A stretch of 63,128 nt of DNA, counting the filler, from Reticulomyxa filosa (taxonomy: Eukaryota > Protista > Foraminifera), in assembly GCA_000512085.1 (NCBI GenBank). It is 14 parts of 14 records of this genome, joined end to end, with 100 filler letters (N's around TTAATTAATTAA, not from the genome) between each part and the next. Parts side by side here need not be neighbours in the genome. Positions count along the whole stretch, not along the records: positions 1 to 17,073 come from ASPP01004959.1; positions 17,174 to 31,987 come from ASPP01025261.1; 12 more parts are not named here. One strand, given 5' to 3'. A model generated the notes under the pieces. That model was given only the letters and a program-made list of their open reading frames with translations, had not been told where the DNA came from and did not search any database. Position numbers and translations under genes: made by a program. This document shows, one piece after another, positions 15,201-27,300 of this stretch. Every line of letters starts with the position of its first letter. Positions within the stretch are counted from its first letter, which is position 1.

Positions 15201-17073
15201 TTGGTGGCGACTTGCCCGATATACCCTTGATCAAAGTTACATCAGTAGCAGAGTATTCCATTCAAGCTATTTTAGGAAAGCAAAGTTGGTCAAGCATTGA
15301 CTCCACAAATATCTTTTCTCCTCTTCGCTCAGTCATGGTCCAAGGATGGGTCGTCGTCACAGCCATCTTTAGCACATTGATGCTTTTGAACCTGTTAATC
15401 GCCACGTTATCCGCTGCATTCAAAGAGGTTCGAGAGATGGCCCAGTTGGAAGTGAACTTTACTCGTGTCAAACAAAGTGTGTTGGTTTCCTCCGAAGTGT
15501 TAAGTATCTCTTTTCGAAACAACAAAGTAAAACAGCAATCAATATCCACATTTGTCTTTGAAACTGTCTGTGATGTGACTACTTTTTTAGTTCCTTTATA
15601 CCGACGCCGTTGAATTACTTTGCACTTGCATTGATGGGTCTGTGGTTCTTGATTGACACGATTGTCACATTAATTTTCCAACGACGACGTATTCTCAATG
15701 ACTGGGTTAAACAAAATTACACACATTTCTGTTTGTAAATATTTGCTTTATTTTTTTTAGCATACAATTGAAAGAGCAAATAGTAAATACACTAAAAAAA
15801 TTGCTGAATTTGAAAAATAAATCAGTATTTTTCTCCATTGAATCGAAAAGTATTTCGTGCTGGTGATCGGGTGACCTTCCAAGAGTTGGCTTACAAAAAT
15901 GGTGAGCCTGTTGTTGAAAACAAGGAGGCCTATGTGCATGGGTTGAGTTGCAACGAAATTGCAATGATCAAAGTCACCAATGATTTAGTCGAGATTCGCA
16001 AGCAAAACATCAAAAAGGTCCACAAAACAATATTGACGGAAAGAAGTCGCACAGATCAAACTTCTTGTTTTGCGGTATGTTTGACTATTGGGGGGCAATT
16101 TTTTCAAAAATAAAAAAAAATTTGCCAATCACAAACTGAATAGACGAACGAAAGGTTCTATTGCAAATATTGTCGTTTCCAATTTTTAACATCAGACGTC
16201 GGATCAGTCGATAATGTACGAAGACTGTTTGCCATCCATGGAAAACTCTTGGATCCTGACGATTTGTCACAGATTAATAATCAAACCGGTGGTATATTAC
16301 CAGACTACAAACCAAACAAACGAAAAGACGGAGTGGCACAATTATGTCCCGAAGTTTTGTTCAATGAAGGAACTTTCTTTTTCTTTGGCATTTTTTCAAG
16401 TTTGCACTGATGAAATCACTTCCAACATAACATTAAAAAATCAAATGTTTGGAATGATAGTGTTATCGACCATTTCTATGCACAGAGCAACGTAGTGATG
16501 AATGCGGTCGTGCACAATTTTTAGGCGAAGTCTCTTCTTTTTGGGTGTTTATGGTGGTCATGTGGATCCCTCTAATTTTAATGTTGCTCATTCCAGCCTT
16601 TTTTTCTATCTTGGGAGGAGGAGTTTAGTCTTGCTCCATACTTGACTTGTTGGATCTATTATAAAAAATAAGTTGCATAAACAACAAAACAAAAGCATAA
16701 CATTGACAAATAAAACAGTCAGAAGAAGACAAAACGTCCAATCAACAACAACTTTCACTGGTCAAAGAAAAAGGCAAAATCTCGGCGGTTGAAGGAAACG
16801 ATTTATATAGGAAGAAGGTCAGAGCCGTGTTTCGTGAAGAAACAAGCCAATCTCAATTTGTTACACAAATTCGCAAAAGGGTGGAGTTGGTAAGAAGAAG
16901 ATTACAAGATGAAGAGGCGACTGGTCCTCTTACAGATGACTCAATTGCTTTCAGAGCACATCGAAAAGTGAAACGACGCCAAAAATGGACTGATAAAAAA
17001 GAACGACAGAAGACGATTAAAAAGATTGGAAGATACTCACAAAGAATTGGTACATCTTTTTTTTTTGTCTCCG
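12296..17073 (+). CDS. TRP-like cation channel, multi-exon, running to the contig end; start uncertain
   Basis: Pre-S1 segment FLQDPRISAYATSMW, several hydrophobic helices, LRTVGLLIRAITKM (S4-S5 linker), and S6/TRP-like LMLLNLLIATLSAAFKEVREMAQLEVNFTRVK. Confidence 0.72.
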
Positions 17074-17173
17074 NNNNNNNNNNNNNNNNNNNNNNNNNNN
17101 NNNNNNNNNNNNNNNNNTTAATTAATTAANNNNNNNNNNNNNNNNNNNNNNNNNNNNNNNNNNNNNNNNNNNN
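17074..17173. other. artificial contig spacer N44-TTAATTAATTAA-N44; further copies start at 31988, 36445, 40622, 42452, 44151, 47357, 48951, 53886, 54992, 57518, 58948 and 60720
   Basis: 13 identical 100-bp units; the palindromic 12-mer puts stop codons in all six frames. Confidence 0.97.
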
Positions 17174-17282
17174 CCCCCCCCTCGTTGTTATTGTTGGTGT
17201 CAATCATTGTTTTTCGTTGTTCGATCGGGACGTATGTATGTGTGTATATACATATACATATATGCATATACTGTGTTGCAAC

Positions 17283-17881
17283 ATGGAAGCGGACATACCA
17301 CTTTTTTAATATGTTTGTGCATTCGTTCGCACTCCTTTTTTTTGTTTTAATAGTTGTTGTTTTTATCACGTCGTCATATGTATATGTAGTATATATTTTT
17401 TATACATGTGTGCGTGTGGGCAGAATTTGTTAATCAGCTCATTTTGTACCAAAAAAAAAAAGTATACGTATCACTAGCATTTGTATGTCACTCCACTTAT
17501 ACAAAAAAAAAAAACAACAACAAAAACTAATGCTATCCTAAATTGTACATACTGCTTACAGTACACTTTTTTTGTCCCTCCTCCTCTCTTTTTGTCTCTC
17601 TTTTTCAATTTGCTGTGGCTTTAAACAAAGTTGGAAACTGCAAAAAGATGTTGATATGTGTTCCAGTACATCGGGTTTCCTCCCGGATTCATCATCATGC
17701 TCGTTCCCATTTGTCCACCAAACATCGGAGTCTCCATGGTTCTGGGTAGATCTGTTCCCAGTGGTAGAGGAAGAGGCTGCGTCGCCTGCCTTTGTGCGTC
17801 TATATTTGCTCTTTCATTTTTAGTCCTATCATCCATCCCTACCATCATATTTTGAGCACCATTTACTAATGAATTGTTCAT
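17283..17881 (-). CDS. 5' part of a multi-exon gene; possibly a TALE-class homeobox protein truncated by the contig end
   Basis: Low-complexity first exon MNNSLVNGAQ...; later exon KTKKRSANECTNILKKW followed by a GT donor, resembling TALE homeodomain helix 1. Confidence 0.3.
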
Positions 17882-18174
17882 TGTTTATTTTTTCTTTTTG
17901 GCAAATGCCAACAACTACGAATTGAATTTGTTTGCTTTTTTCCTTTTTTTTTACTACATATAAGGAGTTATCATCCAATTATATAATTAAAGGCCTATTT
18001 CAAAAAAACCACATCACAAATGAAATTTTTTTGCTGTAGCGTTGCAATGTTGACATCTTCAAAACGGACAAGAAAAACATTTGACGAAGGAGAGCAAAAA
18101 AAACTCCTTGTTGATCATTCAATTTTTTTGGCTCATCTTCCAATATTAAAAAAGAAAAGAACAAGCCCGACAAC

Positions 18175-19273
18175 ATGACAGATTTTTTCGAAGACGACAA
18201 TACAAACCAAACCTACGAAGAGAGAAACCCATACGAAAATGGGGACGTAAACGACGCGTTTGGTAATGCTGAAGCAGTCAATAATCCCAAAAATGATAAT
18301 CAAGACGACATATTCAATGATGTAGAAGTTCGACAAGACTCTAAGCAACCAGAAGATCAAGAGCCTACTGTCTTCAGGTTCACCCAAAATAATGACAACA
18401 ATACCAACAAAAAAAAAACAATTGACAATAAAAAAAAAATCATTAACACGTATAAAAAAACCTGTGTCATTTTTCCGTAACATCAGCAAAAAAAAAAACT
18501 ATTTTTTTTTAAAATTTTTTTCTTCTCAGCAAATTGTCTGTCCTGATTTGAACACCAAACAAAAAACTTGGATGTTTGATAAACTTTTGGGATGGCAGTG
18601 TAGATAGACCACGAAAACACAAAAACACACAAATAAACACAAACAATGATTGGGACACAGTGTATGGCTGGAATCACATCGCCAAATGTTGGAAGAGAAA
18701 GCCAAACAAGAAAAAGACGAACAAGTTAAAACCTTGACAAAAAAAACATGTTTGAGAGGAATTGATATCACACGTAGTAAGATAACCAAAAAAAAATTGA
18801 ACACAAAATAAAACTCTACAAAACACATCAGGACAAATTACAAAAACAAGCGAAAGATGATATACAAAAATTTCATGATGATCGCAAGAAACGAATAGCC
18901 GAAGCAAAAAAACAAAACAAGTATTTTTTTTGCCTATGTTCTCAAAAAAAAAAAAAAAAAAAGATTGTTTGAATGGACATCTGGCGTCACACAACATCTT
19001 CTCATTACGCCCCCTTTTTTTGTTGTCAAGGGTGACGAGGGATTTTTGATGTTAAAAAAAGTCTTGTCTTTTTAAAACATTAGACTGAAGGAAGAGCAAT
19101 TGCGTGAAGATTTGCAGTCGGTGTTTGAACATGGAACAGTATGGGAACAAGTGTCGAGAATGGTGAATTTGCAAGACTCCACCGAAAATAAGGGACCATC
19201 TGGGGACCAAGAAAGAATGAGAAAATTGCTCATTGATTTGAAAAATGACAAAAAGATAGACAAAAAAACTTAA
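18175..19273 (+). CDS. CLC: clathrin light chain, multi-exon
   Basis: Acidic N-terminus; WLESHRQMLEEKAKQEKDEQ; AKDDIQKFHDDRKKRIAEAKKQN; last exon GTVWEQVSRMVNLQ...DQERMRKLLIDLK matches the CLC C-terminal pattern (WE.V..L.....RM...L..LK). Confidence 0.8.
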
Positions 19274-19643
19274 ATTTTTGGATTGCGACTTAGTTCGTTT
19301 TCATTTTGCACCTTATCAACCCAATGGTTTTGTGTGTCTTTTTTAATTTTGTGTGGATTTGATAACACAGTTGTTTGTGTTATTTGTTTTTTTTGTTTTC
19401 TACAAGACTTGTGGAAAATTAAATCAATTTCAACTTTTTTTTTATATGGCTCTCAAAGGATATTGAATTGACTAACAAATTTTTGATTAAGTGATTCTTT
19501 TTCTATTAAAAAATGGAAGATAGCATCGCAACGTGCTGATATAAAAAATCGACGAAATTGACTCCTTTGCAAGTAGTCGTCACTTTGACGAAGCAAAAAC
19601 AAAAATTTTAAAAAAGGGACTTTTAAAAAAAGCACCCGATATA

Positions 19644-21863
19644 ATGGGAATGTTTTCGGACAAAGCAATTTTCATTTGTTATGTTGCAATACTGGGGTTT
19701 AAATTTTTTGTATTCCTACCCATTTCGCTCTACGTTTTGTACTGGTATCACAAATTTCGTCATGGTAGGTCTTTTCTTAGTGTGTTTAGTTTTTGTTTTT
19801 AATGGTGCATCTTTTTTTTGTTTGTGGATATGTACTACTTAGTTCAATATCTAAAACGACGAAGGCCAATGGATTGTATTTTTCTCTTTTCATTTTGCAT
19901 TTTTTTCACGTGCAGTTACGTTTGACTGGGATTGACTGATTATCAAACTTGGAACAAAAAAAAAAAAAATGGACAATGTTCAGGAAGCGGGCCATCTGAA
20001 AAAAAAAAAAAAACAAAACAAACAAAAAAAAAATAACAAAAGTTCCAAGCAGTTTAGAATATGCAAGGAATGTCCCAATAGTGGTGATGAATGCAATTCG
20101 AACACTGGAAATATTTATATTGAGTGGTGTGATTTGTCGAGCATGGCTGATGACGTACGGATGGTGCAATACAGAACGTATACTAAAATGGGAATGGATG
20201 AAGCAGCTCAATCCGTTTTACAAAGACTGGACATTGAAGTATCGTCAGACGTTGGGCAACGGGCGTTTTTTATTATTTTGGATGGTTGTGTGTTGGATAC
20301 TTTTATTTCTGATTATCAGGTCCGATTGCAAAGTAGAAGATAGGAGGAGGAAGAATGAGGGGGGGGGTGTATATGTGTATGTTCAAGAGTCATAAAGTTG
20401 TAATTCCCAAAAAAAAAAAAATAAAAAAAAAAATGAAAATGTTTGCATAAAATATAAAAACTACAAAGTGTGATATACTTAAGCACTGGATACGAATTGG
20501 ATGTAATGCATGAGAATCTGCTATTACAAATAGAAACCCAAGTAGTGATAATAACATTGTTGGGGATAGCGCTGTGGATCTGTCGCAAATGCAATGTATA
20601 TATTCGTCAGACGTGTGACGTGTTCGACTTGAAAGGGGAAATTACAGTGTTCATTCGGATTTTAAGCATCGAAATGATGATCATTGCACTGTTGCCACAA
20701 TGTTGCTTGCTGCCATATCGCTTGGAACATGGCCTCTACACCCACCGCGAAGTTGTCAATGATAGAAACACCATGCAAAATAGTCACTGGATCCATTGGT
20801 ATCGCACCCACTCGCAAATATCCGACGAAATGGCCGACTATGTCTTCATCTATTACATCCTCAAGAACACTATCCACGTGTTCCTGCTCATGGGCATTAT
20901 CTATTGCAACATGTGGAAGAACTTGCAACGTGCCATTCTTTATGCAAAGTCTTTGCAAAGCACCATTGGGTACATTTTTTGATTGTTGTTTATCACAAAC
21001 ATATAACATGTATATACATGTATATACATATACGTATATATGATGAAGAGGTAAGGGGGGGGGGGGGGGACAAAACAAAACAAAGACAATATGGAGAGAT
21101 TCCGATTATCCCAGCATCTGTGAATACCTACATTTTTTGTCGAAGGATGCGTAGTTGGAAAGTTGGTAGCGTGAATGAGGTATCAACTCAATTTCAAATA
21201 CAACAACAACAACAGCAACAACAGCAGAAAGATATTCGAAATGGGGGTCACAATGATAATGACGACAGTGACATGTACGGACAACACAACGATACCTGTT
21301 GCATCCAAAAGAAAAATCAAAGTGCGACACAGAGATCACAATTGGGGTGTTTGAAAGGATTCGAATATCTCATCACACGTTGCGACGGATTGGAACTGTT
21401 TGCCAACCATCTAGAGTCTGAAAATTCCGTCGAAAACTTGTTGTTTTTAATTGATTATTTGAAGCTTAAACAATTTCTTTCACATTTTCAGTTTGTTTTT
21501 GTTTTGTTTTGTTTTCTCCGCCATAAATAAATAAATAAACAAACAAACAAAAAAATACAATATTAAGATTTTTTTTTTTTTTTTTATTAAAAAAAAAAAA
21601 AAAGAATATTAAATAAAATAACATTTGGATGGAAATTGCCACTATGTCGGAATACGCTGTCATTACATCGGTTTTATCATCAGATGCAACATCGCAACGA
21701 AAAGTGTCCTTTTTTGTTGGAATATTCCCGGCAAATGGCAAATGCATCCACCACATCCAATCCCTTGGGGTTGTATCTACGAAAAAGTAATAGCATTCCT
21801 CTTACAAATGTCTATGACAACAACAGCAATACAACTACTGGCACTACTGTTACCACTATCAAT

Positions 21864-21908
<45 letters not shown>

Positions 21909-22032
21909 AACAATAGCAATAGCAATACATTGCTAAAAGAAGCCAGTGAAGAAAAGAAGAGACGCTGGTGGTGGTCCCCGTCAAGCACAAGTCATAGCAA
22001 TCGCGAGGACACGAGCGAAGAAGAGAAACAGC

Positions 22033-22066
<34 letters not shown>

Positions 22067-23629
22067 TGTGACAACACAACAGCACGGACAAACAAGTGCT
22101 GGAATTGGATTTGATCACAATTGCTGTTATTACGATCGACAAAATTTTTTGGAATTGTTTTTATACTTGTTCGACGAGTTCATTGACAAAGACAATGTAT
22201 CCAACTTTGGCTTGTCTGTTCCCTACATGCTATATGACCAAATCGAAACGGTCATCAAAGAACAGGCTGTCCCTCTTTTGAAGCGTATCCGCGCCAACAA
22301 TCACATTGACTTGGTGCTCAACTCCAATTCCGACCTCCCTCACACTACGCAGTTCAATGACAATGACAATGAGCACGACATAGACATGGTCACGAAAAGG
22401 CTTTCCGCCAAAAAAGAGCCGTATCAAACCAACAAAAGTGAGTTGGAAAAAGCGCAGGTCGACAAGCATGTTGGTCTTGATTTGCCGTTGCAACGCACGG
22501 AGAGCGACAAGCGTGACAACAAAAAGCGCTCCACCAACAAACGCAAGTCCAATTGGCTGAGTGTTCATTACCATATCGACCAAACCACTAATGTCAATTA
22601 CTCGGATGAACTAAGCCAATCTCAAGGTTCTCGTTCGCAATTCACAGAAACGTTAAGATTTTAAAATATCATTAACATTTTAATATAATACATATATATA
22701 TATATATTTATACATAAATATAAAGGGAAAGCAGAATGATCCGAGAATTAACAAATCCACTTCGATCTTCCGTTGACTTTTCTCGTGACAACTCGTCGCT
22801 GCCTTCTTGGGCTGGTCGTGTCCACATGCTGATGACTCCGACATTGGAGGTGATTCCGAGCACCAATGAAGACAAAAAAAGACGAGGCTCGGAGCCACCC
22901 GAGGAGACCAATGGTCAGCTCCAGATCATCGACAGAGTCGGCGGTGATCCTGAAATAGTGTCTTTTCATTTTGTGGATCAAGATCAAAAGGAAAGTGGCA
23001 TTCGCGACCAACCCATGGGCGCTGTGCCCATCGAGCATCACAATAGTGATGTCCCCATTCTCTACCACGTGGCAGATACAATTGAAATGATGACCATCCC
23101 TCCCAACGCCAACGTGCTGCAGTTACAATCACAGCGCGAACAACTCCAAATATCGCAAAAACAGATGGAAGACACTGCGCAAGTGCTTTCGTCGAAAACC
23201 AGGCCCGAACAGAGCAAGAAACATGAATTGCTTATTGGATATGACAGTAATAAACAACGGGGTGATATTCACTTAAATCATTCCGATTATTCAAATAATA
23301 ACAATGATAATAATAATGATAATAATAATAATAATAATAGTAATAATAATAATAACGATAATAATAATAATATGAATAATAGCAGCAATAACAATAACAG
23401 CAATAAAAAAGATGTGACGACAATGGAATGGGATGAAACCAATGTCGACCTGCTATTAAAAAAGTTGGTTCACTTGTTTGACAAAGTGGTAGAACAACTC
23501 ATCGATGCCATGTATTGTGATAGTTACAAACGTTTTATGAACAAAAGAGAGTTTGACCAATGGATTCAATGGGTCCGTGACCCATTTTGTCCTGACGCCG
23601 ATTTACCACCGTGCACTCAGCCTTTCTAG
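19644..23629 (+). CDS. multi-pass membrane protein with a C-terminal RGS domain (7TM-RGS-like)
   Basis: First TM MGMFSDKAIFICYVAILGFKFFVFLPFSLYVLYWYHKFRH followed by YLKRRRP; more TM helices at 20470-20980; RGS motifs GLELFANHLESENSVENLLFLIDY, LFDEFID and LIDAMYCDSYKRFM. Confidence 0.75.
21861..21925 (+). repeat. (AAC/AAT)n coding microsatellite (poly-Asn)
   Basis: Direct reading; a (CAA)n poly-Gln follows at about 22028-22064. Confidence 0.9.
23294..23405 (+). repeat. (AAT)n coding microsatellite (poly-Asn)
   Basis: Direct reading. Confidence 0.9.
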
Positions 23630-24318
23630 TCTTTTTCTTTTTTTTTTTTTTTTTGTGTTTTTAAGAAAGTAAAATTTGACAACAAAAACTTCAAAATAAT
23701 ACAACAAACAATCGTTTCTTTTTTTTGTGGTGTGCGTGTTTTTTTGTTTCGTTTTTTGTTAAAAAAAAAGCAGGGTTTTCTCTTGTGGTTGTGTTTTGGA
23801 AATTAAGATCAACTTAAAAAAAAATTTCTCTGTTACAACGAATGACACAAGAGCAAGAACGCAAATCCCTTATTCATCCTTTTTTTGTGACACTTTGTTG
23901 ATTTGTGTGTTTTGTTTGATTTGATTCGATTTGGTTTAGTTTGCATTTTTTGTTTTTTCGTGCTGTTTTGTGTATGTTTAGCAAAAGAGGGAATTTGTTT
24001 GTTTTTTTTTTTGAATTGCCAATTTCCGCATATGTACAAGGACTATGTAACTTGCCCACGTATAAATTGTCAAAAATGTGGGCTGCAGTTTTCTTTTTTT
24101 GTTCCTTTTTGGTGAGAAAATAAAATTAGTTGTTCGTATTGTTTTCAATCTGGGACAATTTGACAATTTCAAAGATGCGCGCACACATTGTTCTACAGGA
24201 AAGGAAAAATATAACTTGTTTTTTAACCAAGTTTTTTTTGTCCCTACAAAAAAAAATTGAACCTACAAGTTCTTTGTTATCCAACTTTATGTATTCGCAA
24301 AAGATTGGTGAAAGCACA

Positions 24319-27300
24319 ATGGCATTTGTTAGGAATTGGAATGCGAATGGACATACTTACACATACGAGATTTCCAACAAAGACCACGCTGGCCCGACTG
24401 AACGGAGCACCACAGCGTACAAAAAAAAAGGCATAGGCAACAGCAGAACGAAGTTGTGTGGAGGAATGCAGAAAGAAACTGGTGAACCAACAGCAAATAG
24501 CTTCAAAAATAACAAAGACCCTTATGAAAGGGAAATGAAGGTGTTAATGACAATGTGCGACGAGTTTGTTAACGAACAAGAATTGCGACAAACATTGGCC
24601 CAGTTCGAAGGCAACATTCCATTGGTCATTGATCGCATTGTGTCTAAGATTATGTACCAACATGTATAACAACTTTGTACATTTTTCTTTACTTTTCTCT
24701 TAAAAAAGAACAAAAACAAAAAATGGGCACTTGTTTTTATTGTATTAGAGCGCGAACGAAGAAATGGAATCGAAGATTAAAACGGATAATTTTGGAAGAA
24801 GCCTTTCAGCGAGCACCTCACAAAGAAGTGTAAATATGTCTTGAAATTTTTTTTTTTTTTTTGGTTTGTTGAATTTGTAGATTTGCAAGTAAATAAACAA
24901 ACAAACAAAAAAAATAATGACAAAGCTTGAAAAAAATGAGATTGACAACGACCATGATAGCAAACTGGATGAAGTACGATCTAATGTGAAAAAAGAAAAA
25001 GAAAAAGCAGGAGTAGGCGAAATCAAGCTGGGAATCAACTTGCAAGGCTCTTGCACAAATGCGGATTGCTTGGCTGCAAAGGCAACACTACCAGTGTGGA
25101 TAAACCATGGATTTGTGGAAATGTCGTTGGATCCTGAAAAATCCCTACATTTTGCTTGCCCTGATTGTCGGAAGGAGACAGTGGATTCGATTACCAAGAT
25201 AGTGATTTATAATGCAGAACACTCCATCCACGCAAGTGGAGACACGCAGCCTGTGCACGATAATCATTACCAATGCTCGTACACAATTAAGCCTGGCCTT
25301 TCGTATAAAGTGAAGGCCTCGAAAATCAGACAGCATGCAACCAGCTTGGAAGATTTGAGAGAACGGAGTGAACAGGCAATGAACAGCGTCGAGATAACAA
25401 ACTTGATAGTGAAGTTAGAAAAATATGAAATCACAGTTGTGAAACCACCCAAATTAAAAGGCAATGATCGCTTGCTGGAGAAGATTCGAAGCGATTACAG
25501 TGGCGATTTTAATCAGGCATTTGATATTGGACGCTTCACCATTTTGTGTGACAATCCAACCAAATTGCAGACCGCTGTGGTCGTCATGAAAAACGCAGAG
25601 GAGTTTAATTTGATTGTGTCCGAAGATAAAGATTTCTTTGACAAACAATCAAAAACACATCATCGCTTTCATAACATTAAATTATATGTTCCAAAGCATG
25701 ATGTCTATATTGAAATGCAAGCCACTTTGAAAAACTTTACAACATTGGAAGGATATACTGTCATTGAAAATCCGAAATTAAGCCATTTGTTTTATGAACT
25801 TATCAGGGCATGGAAACCAGATAATTCATCAAGAGAAGAGGAATTGAAACAAGCGAGTGATAAAACTTTGACCAAGATCAACGATGTCATTTGTGAGTGG
25901 ATTAACGAAAGCGAGATCAAAAAAATTGCCAATCGCTACAAACCGCACTCGGATATTGGGATATTAAAGCCACCACAACTGAATAATAAGAGTGAGTTAA
26001 AAGACATTGACACCGATGTGCCTTTAAAATTGGCGCAATTTTTGTATAATCAACTTTGCACATTCAGTCCAACAAAATTGAAAGGCAAAGCTATTTATGT
26101 GATTCTGTTTGAATATTACAAGAAACACATTGTAAGTGAAAAACATTTGGCAACTTGCTTTGAGGTTGCATCCACTTTGCAAGAATCAAGAAAGCAAGAA
26201 CTTGAAGAGGATGTGGCAATATTGCAAGCTCTTAGTACATATACACCTTTGCAAGCGAACAACTATTTTTATACCGACAATGATGATCAACCTGATCATG
26301 GATTTGATTGCTATCAACATGTCATTGAATTTTTAGAAGAAAAAAAAGATGAACAACAAAGACAAGTGATGATATTACAAGGGAATTCCGGATCAGGGAA
26401 AAGCTTGTTTTGTCGTTATTTGGAGGAGCATTTGTGGAGCAATTATATCAATGGCTTGACAAAGTCCATTCCTGTTTACATTTCATTGCCAAAATGCTAC
26501 AAAAAAGAGTACGAAAGTGATGTTATTGCACATGCATTACAAGTGAAACATATTAGCAAGGAAATGATAGAAGTCATCCGCGAACAAATGTCTTTTATAT
26601 TGATCATGGATGGGTTTGACGAGATATTTGATGCATATAGCAAAACAGATTGCAATGAAAAATTTTTTTACAATCGCTTTCATTTAAATAAATGGCATGC
26701 AAAGGTTATTCTTACTTGTCGAAGTCATGTTCTAAATGAAAATAATACTAAATCGACTTTAATTGGATCTAACTCCAACAATGCCACTGCTATGATTTAT
26801 TTGTGGCCATTTTCTTCTCAACAAATGCATGGTTATATTGAAAAATTTGTAAAACTGAGAAAAAATAATGCAAACAATGACAATTGGACAGTTGAGCAAT
26901 ACGAAGAGACTTTAAAGAAGTATCGAAATCTGCACAAAATTGTGCAGGAACCATTCTTGCTCCGTCTCATCTTAAGCGTACTACCATCTTTAATTAAACG
27001 ACATCATGTTGGTGCCAACATTTCAAGGGCACAGGTATACGAAGCCTTTAATGAACAGTGGTTCGATCATCACATTCAAAATATTTCCACAAAATTGGCG
27101 GAATTACGAATACAAACCAATATCAGGAAGATGAAATTATCACTTCAAAGCTATTGCCAAGATTTAGGATTTGATATGTTTTTGCATGGAAATCAAGTCG
27201 CAACTGAAAATAATTTGGAGGATGAATATAAAACCGAGTCACTGAGGACAAAAGATATTTGGGAAAAATATTTTAATGGTGACAGTGTGGCCAAATATGT

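Noticed and set aside
21859-23423. Poly-Cys, poly-Val and poly-Tyr ORFs on the minus strand
   Set aside because: Antisense shadows of the AAC/AAT microsatellites in the RGS gene
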